Assembly: GCA_963739305.1 (NCBI GenBank)
Contig: CAVTZU010000027.1
Span: 1 to 26,669 of the forward strand
DNA: 26,669 nt
Direction: 5' to 3'
DNA from: Candidatus Bathyarchaeota archaeon
Lineage (GTDB): Archaea; Thermoproteota; Bathyarchaeia; Bathyarchaeales; Bathycorpusculaceae
The notes beneath the pieces are model-generated. The model was given only the letters and a program-made list of their open reading frames with translations, was not told where the DNA came from and made no database searches. The position numbers were made by a program, and so were the translations under genes. Positions within the stretch are counted from its first letter, which is position 1. Each line of letters begins with the position of its first letter. This document shows positions 1 through 8,500 of this stretch, piece after piece.

Positions 1-2433
1 TTTCAAGTTCCCATAGGACAAAATTGGAGCATCGTCTGCCCGCTCGAGGCTAATCATGAGTATCATGCTTACCTTTACGGCAAATGGATCAGCAATGCAG
101 CGTTGAATAAGACCGACTACGACGTATACGTCTACGACCCCTATGGAACACTTGTAGGCTATCACACTCCCTCCGCCGGTTTGCCTGAACATTTGGGATC
201 CGGGTCGGACGAGCCATTCTTCATCCCTGAATACACGGGCAACTACACGTTCACTATAGCCAACGCTGCTGGCGAAAGCATGGGATCGCAGCAGGCAACG
301 TTCATGATAATTGAAGATGTCGAAAGCAACACCTGGCATCAGCAGTATATAGAAGGGACGGACGATTATGGTTTGCCAACTCTATACACAAGCTGGGCCT
401 ACGAGTTCTTCACCGATAGTCCGCATGTTGAAGTCCGAATCAGAGTTCCAGACACTCTAGACATGTACGAGGCCAGACTTTATCTGATGGCTTCTCCAAC
501 AGCCACGAACTACACACTGTTGGACGGAATTCCCTTAGCTTGGGAACCAGGACTGTACGGAAACAGAAGCAGCAACCTAGGCGGGTACAACACTGACAGC
601 CAGGGATACGAAGGCCAAGCGTATGCGAGTTGCGAGAGCTTCGGTCAAGACATGTTGATCAGCTTCAATTCGGCACCGGGAGAAAGCCTCTATCATCTAG
701 TTTTCATAGGCGAGAAAGGGTATGGAAACGTAAGTTTTCTAGTTCAGACAGCTTTTGATTCAGGCCTACAGCCTTCAGACAACCCTGACCAAATAATGCC
801 TGGGGACAACGCCACGATCGCCTACATCTCCCAGACCACAGACCTAGAAAACGCAACACTCGACTATTCAACAGACAACTGGCAAACAATCAGCACTGTC
901 AACATGAACATTTCGGGAGACAACAGAACATGCAGCCAAGTCATACCTGCCCAGCTGCCTGGCACCACCGTGCACTATCGAGTCGAAGCACTTGACTTCA
1001 TGGGAAACACCCTCCTTGCCAACGGAAGCTACATCGTCGCAAAGCTTCCCGTAACGTATCTGGATAAGCCCATGGTCCCAGTTTACGTAAACGAGTCACA
1101 AATCCAGATCGGCAAAAACTGGACAATCATGTGCCCGCTTCAGGCGAACCACAGCTATCACGTCTACTGCTACGGCGAATGGATCAACACAGGCCCAAAC
1201 CCAGTAACTGACTATGAGGTTTACGTCTACGACCCATCGGGCACGATGGTTGGCTACCATACTCCAGCAGCCGGGTTTGCTCCTCATCTAGGAAGCACAG
1301 TCGATCAAGCCTTTTTTGTCCCACAGTACACAGGGAACTACACGTTTGTAATACGCAATGACGCAAGAGAAAGCAACGGGACCCAACAAGCAACATTCAT
1401 GATAATCGAAAATGTCGACGTCAATGTCTGGCATCAAGTCTACATTGAAGGAAAAGACGATAACAGTATGCCTCTTCTGGACACAAGCTGGGCCTACGAC
1501 TTCACAACTGACAGCCAGTACATAGAGGTTCACGTTAAGGTTCCACAAACCTTGGACATGTACGAGGCCAGACTCTTCGTAATGTCAAACTCGAAATCTG
1601 GAAACCAAACGATTTTAAACGATTTCCCACTTGCTTGGGAACCGGGGCTCTACGGAAACATAAGTCAAGACAAATCCGCCATCGGTGGCTACAACCTTGA
1701 AAGCAAAGGATACCGTGGCAACGCCTATGCGAGTTGCGAGTACTACGGCCAAGACATGTACATGAACTTCACGTCTCCGTATCCGGGAACGAGTCTGTAC
1801 CACTTGGTCTTCATAGGCGAAGTTGGCTCAGGAACTATTGACTTCCTAGTCAAGACAGAATTCAACAACAGCCTCTTAACCCCTTCAACCATCCCGGATA
1901 GGGCTTTTCCAGGGGACAACGCTACTGTATCTTACACTTCAAACTCGACGGCCTTGGAGAACGCAACGTTGGAGTACTCAACGGATGGTTGGAAAACCCA
2001 AAATTCTACCAGTATGACGATCCTCCAAAACATGACCTGTAGCGCAGTAATTCCTGAACAACCAGCTGGCACGGTCATCGAATACAGAGTCACTGCCGAC
2101 GATGTACTGGATAACGTTCTGAGTGCCAACGGAAGCTACCCAGTGAAGTATCCTTCATCCTTAAACTTTACCCAAATCAACATTAGGGCGAGTCCCGGTG
2201 AGAACGTGACAATCAAAGGCTTTCTGACCCCTCAAACTGCAGATATGCCAATTATTGTCTCCATCGCTTCCGCGAATGAAAGCAAAAACATCATCTGCCA
2301 CACGCTTAGCGACGGCACCTTTTCAGCAAACTTTGAACCAGATACTGTGGGAACATGGATTGCCAGCGCAAGATTCAATGGAACGGACACTGTCTACGGA
2401 AGTGACGCTTCCACAGCCGACAATAGTGGTTGA
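1..2433 (+). CDS. Large secreted/surface protein with two tandem ~365-aa repeats and a C-terminal Ig-like domain; 5'-partial; membrane anchor lies in another frame
   Basis: Frame is open from base 1 (FQVPIGQNWSIVCPLEANHEYHAY matches QIQIGKNWTIMCPLQANHSYHVY in repeat 2). DYDVYVYDP, TLDMYEARL, PLAWEPGLYGN and SLYHLVFIGE are duplicated. Many NxT/S sequons. Confidence 0.8.
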   Translation, partial: FQVPIGQNWSIVCPLEANHEYHAYLYGKWISNAALNKTDYDVYVYDPYGTLVGYHTPSAGLPEHLGSGSDEPFFIPEYTGNYTFTIANAAGESMGSQQATFMIIEDVESNTWHQQYIEGTDDYGLPTLYTSWAYEFFTDSPHVEVRIRVPDTLDMYEARLYLMASPTATNYTLLDGIPLAWEPGLYGNRSSNLGGYNTDSQGYEGQAYASCESFGQDMLISFNSAPGESLYHLVFIGEKGYGNVSFLVQTAFDSGLQPSDNPDQIMPGDNATIAYISQTTDLENATLDYSTDNWQTISTVNMNISGDNRTCSQVIPAQLPGTTVHYRVEALDFMGNTLLANGSYIVAKLPVTYLDKPMVPVYVNESQIQIGKNWTIMCPLQANHSYHVYCYGEWINTGPNPVTDYEVYVYDPSGTMVGYHTPAAGFAPHLGSTVDQAFFVPQYTGNYTFVIRNDARESNGTQQATFMIIENVDVNVWHQVYIEGKDDNSMPLLDTSWAYDFTTDSQYIEVHVKVPQTLDMYEARLFVMSNSKSGNQTILNDFPLAWEPGLYGNISQDKSAIGGYNLESKGYRGNAYASCEYYGQDMYMNFTSPYPGTSLYHLVFIGEVGSGTIDFLVKTEFNNSLLTPSTIPDRAFPGDNATVSYTSNSTALENATLEYSTDGWKTQNSTSMTILQNMTCSAVIPEQPAGTVIEYRVTADDVLDNVLSANGSYPVKYPSSLNFTQINIRASPGENVTIKGFLTPQTADMPIIVSIASANESKNIICHTLSDGTFSANFEPDTVGTWIASARFNGTDTVYGSDASTADNSG

Positions 2434-2533
2434 GCAAGGTATGCTTGCGCAATATTCTCTTTACGTATTAGGTGGAATAGGAGCAGTAGCTATGGTCGGC
2501 GTTGTCATATACGTGAGAAAAATAAGAAGCTAA
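2414..2533 (+). CDS. Frameshifted C-terminal TM anchor of the upstream surface protein
   Basis: QPTIVVEQGMLAQYSLYVLGGIGAVAMVGVVIYVRKIRS: TM helix plus basic tail in the +1 frame, overlapping the end of 1..2433. Confidence 0.7.
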   Translation, partial: QPTIVVEQGMLAQYSLYVLGGIGAVAMVGVVIYVRKIRS

Positions 2534-2545
2534 ACAGCTTAAGAA

Positions 2546-2554
2546 CGCGCGCGC
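2546..2554. repeat. GCGCGCGC junction motif
   Basis: CGCGCGCGC 12 nt after the stop at 2533. Confidence 0.8.
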
Positions 2555-2596
2555 ATATTGGGATAGCAATCATTTTCTTGACGAATTATTTGCGTG

Positions 2597-2767
2597 CTAA
2601 CCTAACGAGCAAGTCCACTCTATCTTCCCATGGTCAACCTCGTCAACTGCGTAGCAGATGAACGACAAAGATCCGCAGGAACACAGAATATGAGATTTGC
2701 GCTATTTCCCAACTTTGTCCGAATGTTTTTTCTTCTTTTGAACATTCTTCTTTTTCAACGAAGGCAT
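2597..2767 (-). pseudogene. Small basic Cys-containing (zinc-ribbon-like) ORF with an internal TAG
   Basis: MPSLKKKNVQKKKKHSDKVGK*RKSHILCSCGSLSFICYAVDEVDHGKIEWTCSLG*; GGAG upstream; internal stop at 2702-2704. Confidence 0.45.
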
Positions 2768-2796
2768 ACACTAATCTCCACGAAACAATACTATCT

Positions 2797-2818
2797 ATTA
2801 GCAGTATAGTCTGCTAAT
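2797..2818. promoter_or_regulatory. Inverted repeat, candidate operator
   Basis: ATTAGCAG-N6-CTGCTAAT between a minus-strand TATA-like CTTAAA (~2820-2825) and the ORF starting at 2767. Confidence 0.4.
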
Positions 2819-3025
2819 GTTTAAGAAACTTTTCACTAACTAGAACTCCGAGAGCTGAAAGAAAATGGTGGAGTTGCAGGAGAAATCGTCAAGTTGGTGG
2901 TGAATAGCTGAACTCCACTACTGCGTCGGTACATCTGGACTTGATACTATCCTGTAAAATGGCTTCTCCTTGCCCTAATTTGGCGGACTTGAGCCCGTCT
3001 GAATATGAGCCCGGTCCGGCCCACC

Positions 3026-3035
3026 TAGCGCGCGC
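3026..3035. repeat. TAGCGCGCGC junction motif
   Basis: Perfect copy, intergenic. Confidence 0.8.
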
Positions 3036-3135
3036 TCAACAAAATCAGCGTTTGCAAATATTTACTCAGGTAATTTGAAAAAAGAATATAGAAACTGGGA
3101 TAAAGCTAATCTTAGAATAGAGCTATTGGCTTAAT

Positions 3136-3285
3136 CTAAAATCGACTTCTTCTTGGGGGTGCTCTCTTCGAGTAACACTCTCGGCAGTATACTGGTCTGC
3201 TACCATCGGGCTTGAATGGTACTTCACATTCCTTTCCACATTCAGCGCAAACTGCCTTGTGCATCTCTTTTCTTTCATACGTCAA
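3136..3285 (-). CDS. CxxC-x17-CxxC domain small zinc-finger protein (49 aa; below the ORF-track cutoff)
   Basis: MTYERKEMHKAVCAECGKECEVPFKPDGSRPVYCRECYSKRAPPRRSRF; family-typical CxxCG..CEVPFKP...RPVYCxxC; TTG start with GGAG upstream; TTTATAA on the minus strand at ~3359-3365. Confidence 0.9.
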   Translation of the reverse strand: MTYERKEMHKAVCAECGKECEVPFKPDGSRPVYCRECYSKRAPPRRSRF

Positions 3286-3458
3286 CTCTTTCAACTCCTT
3301 CGCAGTTGCTGTGCAAAAATCACTTCTTACACGCTTCTTTCACCGTTCACATCGCAGCTTATAAACAGCACGCTCAGAATTATGAAGTCGAGACCCATTG
3401 AAATCAGATTCGCAAGCGTTCCACTTCACCGCGATAAGAAGCGCGCAAACGAAATCGA

Positions 3459-3545
3459 CAGAATCAGTAGAACCACCTTAGGCTCGTCCATTCTGTGGAT
3501 CGATCCTGGAAACTGCTCCGGCTCTTACATGGTTTTTGCAAGTTT
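3459..3545 (-). pseudogene. tbp: Degenerate internal fragment of a TATA-binding protein gene
   Basis: KLAKTM*EPEQFPGSIHRMDEPKVVLLIL versus the archaeal TBP signature YEPEQFPGLIYRMxEPKVVLLIF; flanked by GCGCGC (3441-3446) and GCGTGCGC (3548-3555). Confidence 0.75.
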
Positions 3546-3611
3546 GGGCGTGCGCTCAGCTTGCAAGAAAAGCTTTAGTTGTAGGCACGACATTGTTTGT
3601 CTTGTGAGTAA

Positions 3612-4139
3612 ATGAGTGATGTAAATTCTCTCTTTGAAATCAACGATCTGGTGCTGAAGAAGAAGATACTCTCTGTTCGTGAGCACTATGACTTAGAGGA
3701 TAGGACTGGGATGAAATTGGGAGAGGCTGATGGCAATCTCATTCAGCTTCCAGCCAAGTTTGTCGTCATCGATACCCATGGTTCTGAGTTGATGCAAATC
3801 AAAGGAAAAGTACTGTCGCTCCGAACCCAGTTCACTTTTTACGACGATGCAGGCGCGGAACTGGGAACTATCAAGAAGAAGATAGTCAAGCTGATTGGAG
3901 AAGAGTACTGGGTAGAAAAAAACGGAGTTGAATTCATGCGTATCTACGGAGACTTCACGGAGCACAACTATCAGATGGAGATCAACGGGGTTCAGGTCGC
4001 GTCTGTACATAAGAAGTGGGTTTCGGTGCGAGATCAGCTCGGAGTATCAATAACGGGAGAAGCGGATCACCGAGTGGTAATCGGAGCAGTGATCGTGATC
4101 GAACACGTGGAAGTTACGGAGAGGCAGAGTCACCACTAG
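3612..4139 (+). CDS. LURP-one-related/scramblase-like (tubby C-terminal-like) protein
   Basis: Repeated K(K)xLSxR beta-hairpin units, IxGDFxxHNY, VAxVHKKW.SxRD and a C-terminal hydrophobic helix. Confidence 0.8.
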   Translation: MSDVNSLFEINDLVLKKKILSVREHYDLEDRTGMKLGEADGNLIQLPAKFVVIDTHGSELMQIKGKVLSLRTQFTFYDDAGAELGTIKKKIVKLIGEEYWVEKNGVEFMRIYGDFTEHNYQMEINGVQVASVHKKWVSVRDQLGVSITGEADHRVVIGAVIVIEHVEVTERQSHH

Positions 4140-4178
4140 ACTGTGACAAGACTCAACGTTGATTTGGGCAGTTTGCAT

Positions 4179-4187
4179 GCGCGCGCG
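4179..4187. repeat. GCGCGCGC junction motif
   Basis: GCGCGCGCG between the LURP-like and nuclease genes. Confidence 0.8.
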
Positions 4188-4253
4188 AAGCAATCGAAGA
4201 TTCTTCCACAAGTCATAAGAACGTTCAAGAGAGTTTGAAGTTCTTGGTGACAA

Positions 4254-4847
4254 ATGAGCAAGACAGTCATACTGGTTTTGGCATCTATGTTTTTTTTGCA
4301 GTTCATAACCATAGGTTATGGCGCTTCTTCGGGCGAGATAGATGCAACCGCAATAGCTACAAGTGTTCATGATGGAGACACCTTCTACATTGACAAAGAA
4401 TTTCACGGCTCAGATACAATCAGATTAGCCGACATTAATGCTTCAGAACTGGGGCAACCCCTATCTGTTGAAGCGAGAAACTTCCTTTCAGATCTTGTTT
4501 ATCAGAAAACTGTTTACTTGGACATAGATGATGTCTACATATTCGACTATAGTGGAACTGGTGACAGGCTTGTTTGCGTGGTCTACGTGAGCTACAATTC
4601 GACCCATTATGAGAATGTAAACAAAGCGCTCCTGGATGCAGGTCTCGCTGAAAAGAAAGACTACAACAACGAATTTGACCCAAACACCTGGACTCTATAT
4701 GTTTCAAAACAGGAGATTCCAGAGTTTCAGACAATTCTGATTCTGCCTTTATTCATGACAGTAACACTACTCGCAACGACACTCTACAAAAAAAAGTGCG
4801 AAGCTCGGCAAAGCTACTTATGTTTCATGAACAGTCACACGTCGTAG
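4254..4847 (+). CDS. Secreted thermonuclease (SNase-like) with PEF-CTERM sorting signal
   Basis: Signal peptide; DGDT, IRLADINASE, RLVCVVY and NKALLDAGLA motifs; IPEF + TM helix + KKK. Confidence 0.85.
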   Translation: MSKTVILVLASMFFLQFITIGYGASSGEIDATAIATSVHDGDTFYIDKEFHGSDTIRLADINASELGQPLSVEARNFLSDLVYQKTVYLDIDDVYIFDYSGTGDRLVCVVYVSYNSTHYENVNKALLDAGLAEKKDYNNEFDPNTWTLYVSKQEIPEFQTILILPLFMTVTLLATTLYKKKCEARQSYLCFMNSHTS

Positions 4848-4855
4848 CGCGCGCG
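4845..4855. repeat. TAGCGCGCGCG junction motif overlapping a stop codon
   Basis: The TAG of the nuclease ORF is the start of the motif; variant GCGCACGCGC follows at 4917-4926. Confidence 0.8.
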
Positions 4856-5024
4856 ATTTCAGAAAAATCAAGTCAAGGACAATATTCCGCAATAGTTGGC
4901 GCTTATGGTCTTTCTTGCGCACGCGCAAACAATGAGGCATCATCAAGAGTAGCATAGCCCATACAAAAAAGCATATCGCCCTTGGAAAAAAAGATAGAAG
5001 ATGAAAATCGCTCTGCCAGCCTGA

Positions 5025-5489
5025 TCAACCGTGCATTATCGATATCGTTCCCCAAGCACTCACTTCTGCACCTAACGGCGTTGTCATGCCCATTTCGTGC
5101 ACGTTGCATCCGACCAGGTTCGCGTATATCCCGGTTGCACCTGTCACCTGTCCGTTTGCCCTCCACTTGAAGGTCACAAAGCTCCAGACACCGTCATCAT
5201 ATCCCGCGATTGTCCCGTCAGCCGTGGTGATAACGAACGTTTCAGAGAAGTGCTCCGTCTTGCCTGGAAAACTCGGCGGCAACTCGGTGACGATTAGGGT
5301 TCCTTCTATGTCTCCGGTGACTGTTCCTTCCCAATGAGGCGGAGTGGTCCAGAACACCTTCATCGTCAATTCACATCTAAGGAGATTTTCTGGTTCTGCA
5401 ATGCGTGCGCATGCTAATGGTGCGAGTAACATGCCTCCCATGAACAGCGCCAACACTAATGTTGTAATCAATTTTGTTTTCATTCTCAT
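5025..5489 (-). CDS. Secreted beta-strand-rich hypothetical protein
   Basis: Signal peptide; GGAGGTGA RBS; Gly/Thr-rich strands (GQVTGATGIYANLVG). Confidence 0.7.
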   Translation of the reverse strand: MRMKTKLITTLVLALFMGGMLLAPLACARIAEPENLLRCELTMKVFWTTPPHWEGTVTGDIEGTLIVTELPPSFPGKTEHFSETFVITTADGTIAGYDDGVWSFVTFKWRANGQVTGATGIYANLVGCNVHEMGMTTPLGAEVSAWGTISIMHG

Positions 5490-5540
5490 TTCTCTTTCAC
5501 CTCCTTTCTCTCTTCAACTTTCTTCAATCGCATTCCTATT

Positions 5541-5549
5541 CGCGCGTGC
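5541..5549. repeat. Junction motif variant CGCGCGTGC
   Basis: Lies in the 78-nt gap between two minus-strand genes. Confidence 0.6.
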
Positions 5550-5567
5550 TGAGTGGGTCAAGTCTGC

Positions 5568-8500
5568 TTATGGATAGTGTTGGTTATAGTGGCCTGCCAG
5601 GAGTATGGCGTCAAAGATGTCGACAGTGCCGTCTGCATTAAGGTCGGCGTTCGGGTTCCATTTGGGGCTTGTTGGCGTGGAGAGGAATGCAGCTGCAAGT
5701 ATTATGGCGTCGTAGATGTCTACGACTCCGTCGCCGTTGGTGTCTCCAGTTATCTTCGAGATTGTGAGGGTCACGTTTCCGGCGAATGGTGTACCGCCAA
5801 CCAGAGTGCCTGTTATGTTGAAAGTGTTTCTTCCGTAGGTTTTGCCTGTCGCATTAAGAACGTATTGTTCTACTAATGTTCGGTTGAAGTAGACCTTAAG
5901 GTTGTTCTCAGACTCGTTATACACGGGCATGGCAAAATCATAGGGATATAATGTACCGTTCAGCAGAGTGCTGACGGTGTCGTTGAGGCATATGGACCGA
6001 ATATCAATCGCGCTTGCGTTCAGATTTGTCACGCCGTTTCCATCAGGTATTTTTATGTAAGCCGCTATGAGGGTGTCGGTAGTGCGCGGATTAATAGCTG
6101 AAGGCGACAGTTTCAGTTCTGCGCCTACTGCTTGGAGAGGTGCGGGCATTGTCACGGAAACATAATGCACGTCGCTGGTCACGTTGTTGTAGTCGTCGTC
6201 GCCTAACCACTTTGATCGAGCGAAGAATCCACTGAGCACTCCACCATTTCCTAGATCTAGTTGTGGTGTGGTGATGTTTCCTGAGAATTGTCCACTGTCA
6301 ATTATTCTTCCTGTGTATAGGATTTCGGGCACGGTCCAGTTATAGTCATAGACGCCGGTTGAGCTAACGTTCAGGATGCCTACGGTAAACCATGTAGAAC
6401 CATCTAGGCTGTACTGAAAGATAACAGGTCTATTCTGAAGTGCCGGCCCAATTGTGGCGGTCATTTTGATGTCGGTGGCTGCTTCCACGACATCTGAAGA
6501 CACAGACAGCGATAATGAGGGATCTGCTTTGTTCACAATCACTGTTTGAGTTTCACTTGTTCCGTTGCTGTATATTGGATCACCGCTCCAGTACGCTCGA
6601 ACGGAGAAGTTTCCTGCGCTGGGCGGAGTCCATTCTCTAACGAAATACGTTCGATTGGGAGTTGCGGAATCAATGTCGGTCCAAGTTACGTTGTCGATGC
6701 TGTACTGAAGGTAGATTGTGCCGGTGACTATTGAGGAAGGAACCAGCCCAGCCCCAAGCAGGATCGACTGGCCAAAATTAATGATCGGATTCGTCGGGTT
6801 AGTGCCGAACAAAATCGTTACCTGATGCTTTATCACTCTGAAGTTGTCAGTGGTCACGTATTGGACGAAACCTTTCAAGTCAATTACGTACACCTCAACC
6901 TGGAAGATCCCGCCCAAGTGCTGTTCAATCAATGACCCGTAAGTGCTTATTGAGATTGAGTCGTTCCACAATCCGTTCCAGTTGACGGGAACCACGTAGT
7001 CGTTCGTGCAGAAGGCGTTGCCGTCGGGATCCCGCCAAATATAGCGAATTGTCTTAGCGAAAGCCGCGAAACTTGGCGTGATGCTCGTATTTGTCCACAC
7101 CCTGTCGTAATTCGTGAATAGGGTAGGGTCAGGCGAATAGACGAAATTTGAACCGACTTGCCCGAATATGTGATGGGATCCAGCCATAGTCTCACCACGT
7201 ATATGAATTATCGGCAGGTACATCGAAGTGGAGTTTATGATACTGCGGATATACTCGGGATATGTAAACCATATACGGGCGTTGTACAGAGTGAAGATTG
7301 GGCTCTTAATGTCATAGACTCCCACTCTTAGTTGGTCAGTATCGCTTGAATTAGGAAAGATGCACACCCAGTAGCTTCCAGGAGCTTCAATCTGACCTAC
7401 GTTAATGTAGCTCAGGTAGTCGGGTGGTCCGGGCGGTGTAGTAGTGAAGAACTCACCGTAGCGGTGAGTTGCCCTGTACAATACGTTGATACCGCCCGAG
7501 GTAGAATTCAAATACCATATTTCGACCAAAAATTGCCTGGTTCCATCTCCCGTGTAGTAGGCTGGAAAACCTATTTGTTCAACCTTGAAACCTTGAACAG
7601 GGGGGTTATAGAACTCTGCGGCCCAGCCAATGATGGCGGCGTGAGGGTCCGTGGGTTCACGCCAATACTCATTTGGTACACCGCCCGCCGGCTCCGTACT
7701 GTCGAATTCTTGAATCCCAGGAACATCGGGTGCGACTCTCAAGTTTACAGTCCCGTTTGAGGCTTTATACTCACCGTTTCCAGAATAGGTAGCCCTGACG
7801 GTGTAGTTACCATCGCTTGCTGGCACCCACCAGTAAGAAAAGGCCGCCCCCTGCAAGTAGGGAGTACCTATCGGCTGCCACGTACCGCCTCCATCGAGAC
7901 TGTACTCCAATACGATTCTTCCTTGTATGAGGTTGAACCAAGAGCTGTAGTCTGAGTGACTGTTGAGGAAGTTGCATGTGACTGAACCCGCAAGATAAGT
8001 GCCGCTGCCCGTCATAATTGCATAGTTTGGCAGCTGGAGAGTAGTCCTTGTGTTGGCCAATCCGAATTTTCCCTTCCAGCTTTTTATCACTTCGTCTTTC
8101 AGCGTATAGCTGGTGCTTTCAATGCCCAGTAGATATTCGAGCCAGCCTGCAATGGCAAGACCGGCGTGTATTCTAAAGCCCAGATCGACGGACCAGACCG
8201 CCAAGTCAGGGTCATCGGCCGAATAATAGTTTATCAAGGCGTGCACGTACGGTTCAAACCCGACCCATGGACCGACGCTTTCGAAGAACATCAGGCTAAG
8301 GTCAAACTCGACGCCTGCATCCGCCTCCAAGTACAGTTTGATTTCGTTAGCACCCCACGTGTGGGAACTGTAAGAGCTGAATTCGGCAATGGGACTCCAC
8401 CCGTCTTTAATGTCCCACTGTATGCCGGATTTGAAGTAGTAGCCAATTATGTACTCAAAGTAGAAGTCGAGCTCACCATTCATTTCCAGATGGACGTAGG

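Noticed and set aside
2866-2975. Riboswitch or tRNA-like element (GTGGAGTT/AACTCCAC stem)
   Set aside because: No complete match to a fluoride riboswitch or cloverleaf; could be a decayed coding tail (ELKENGGVAGEIVKLVVNS*).
3216-3615. Plus-strand ORFs 3216..3401 and 3259..3615
   Set aside because: They are antisense shadows of the CxxC-x17-CxxC gene and the TBP fragment.
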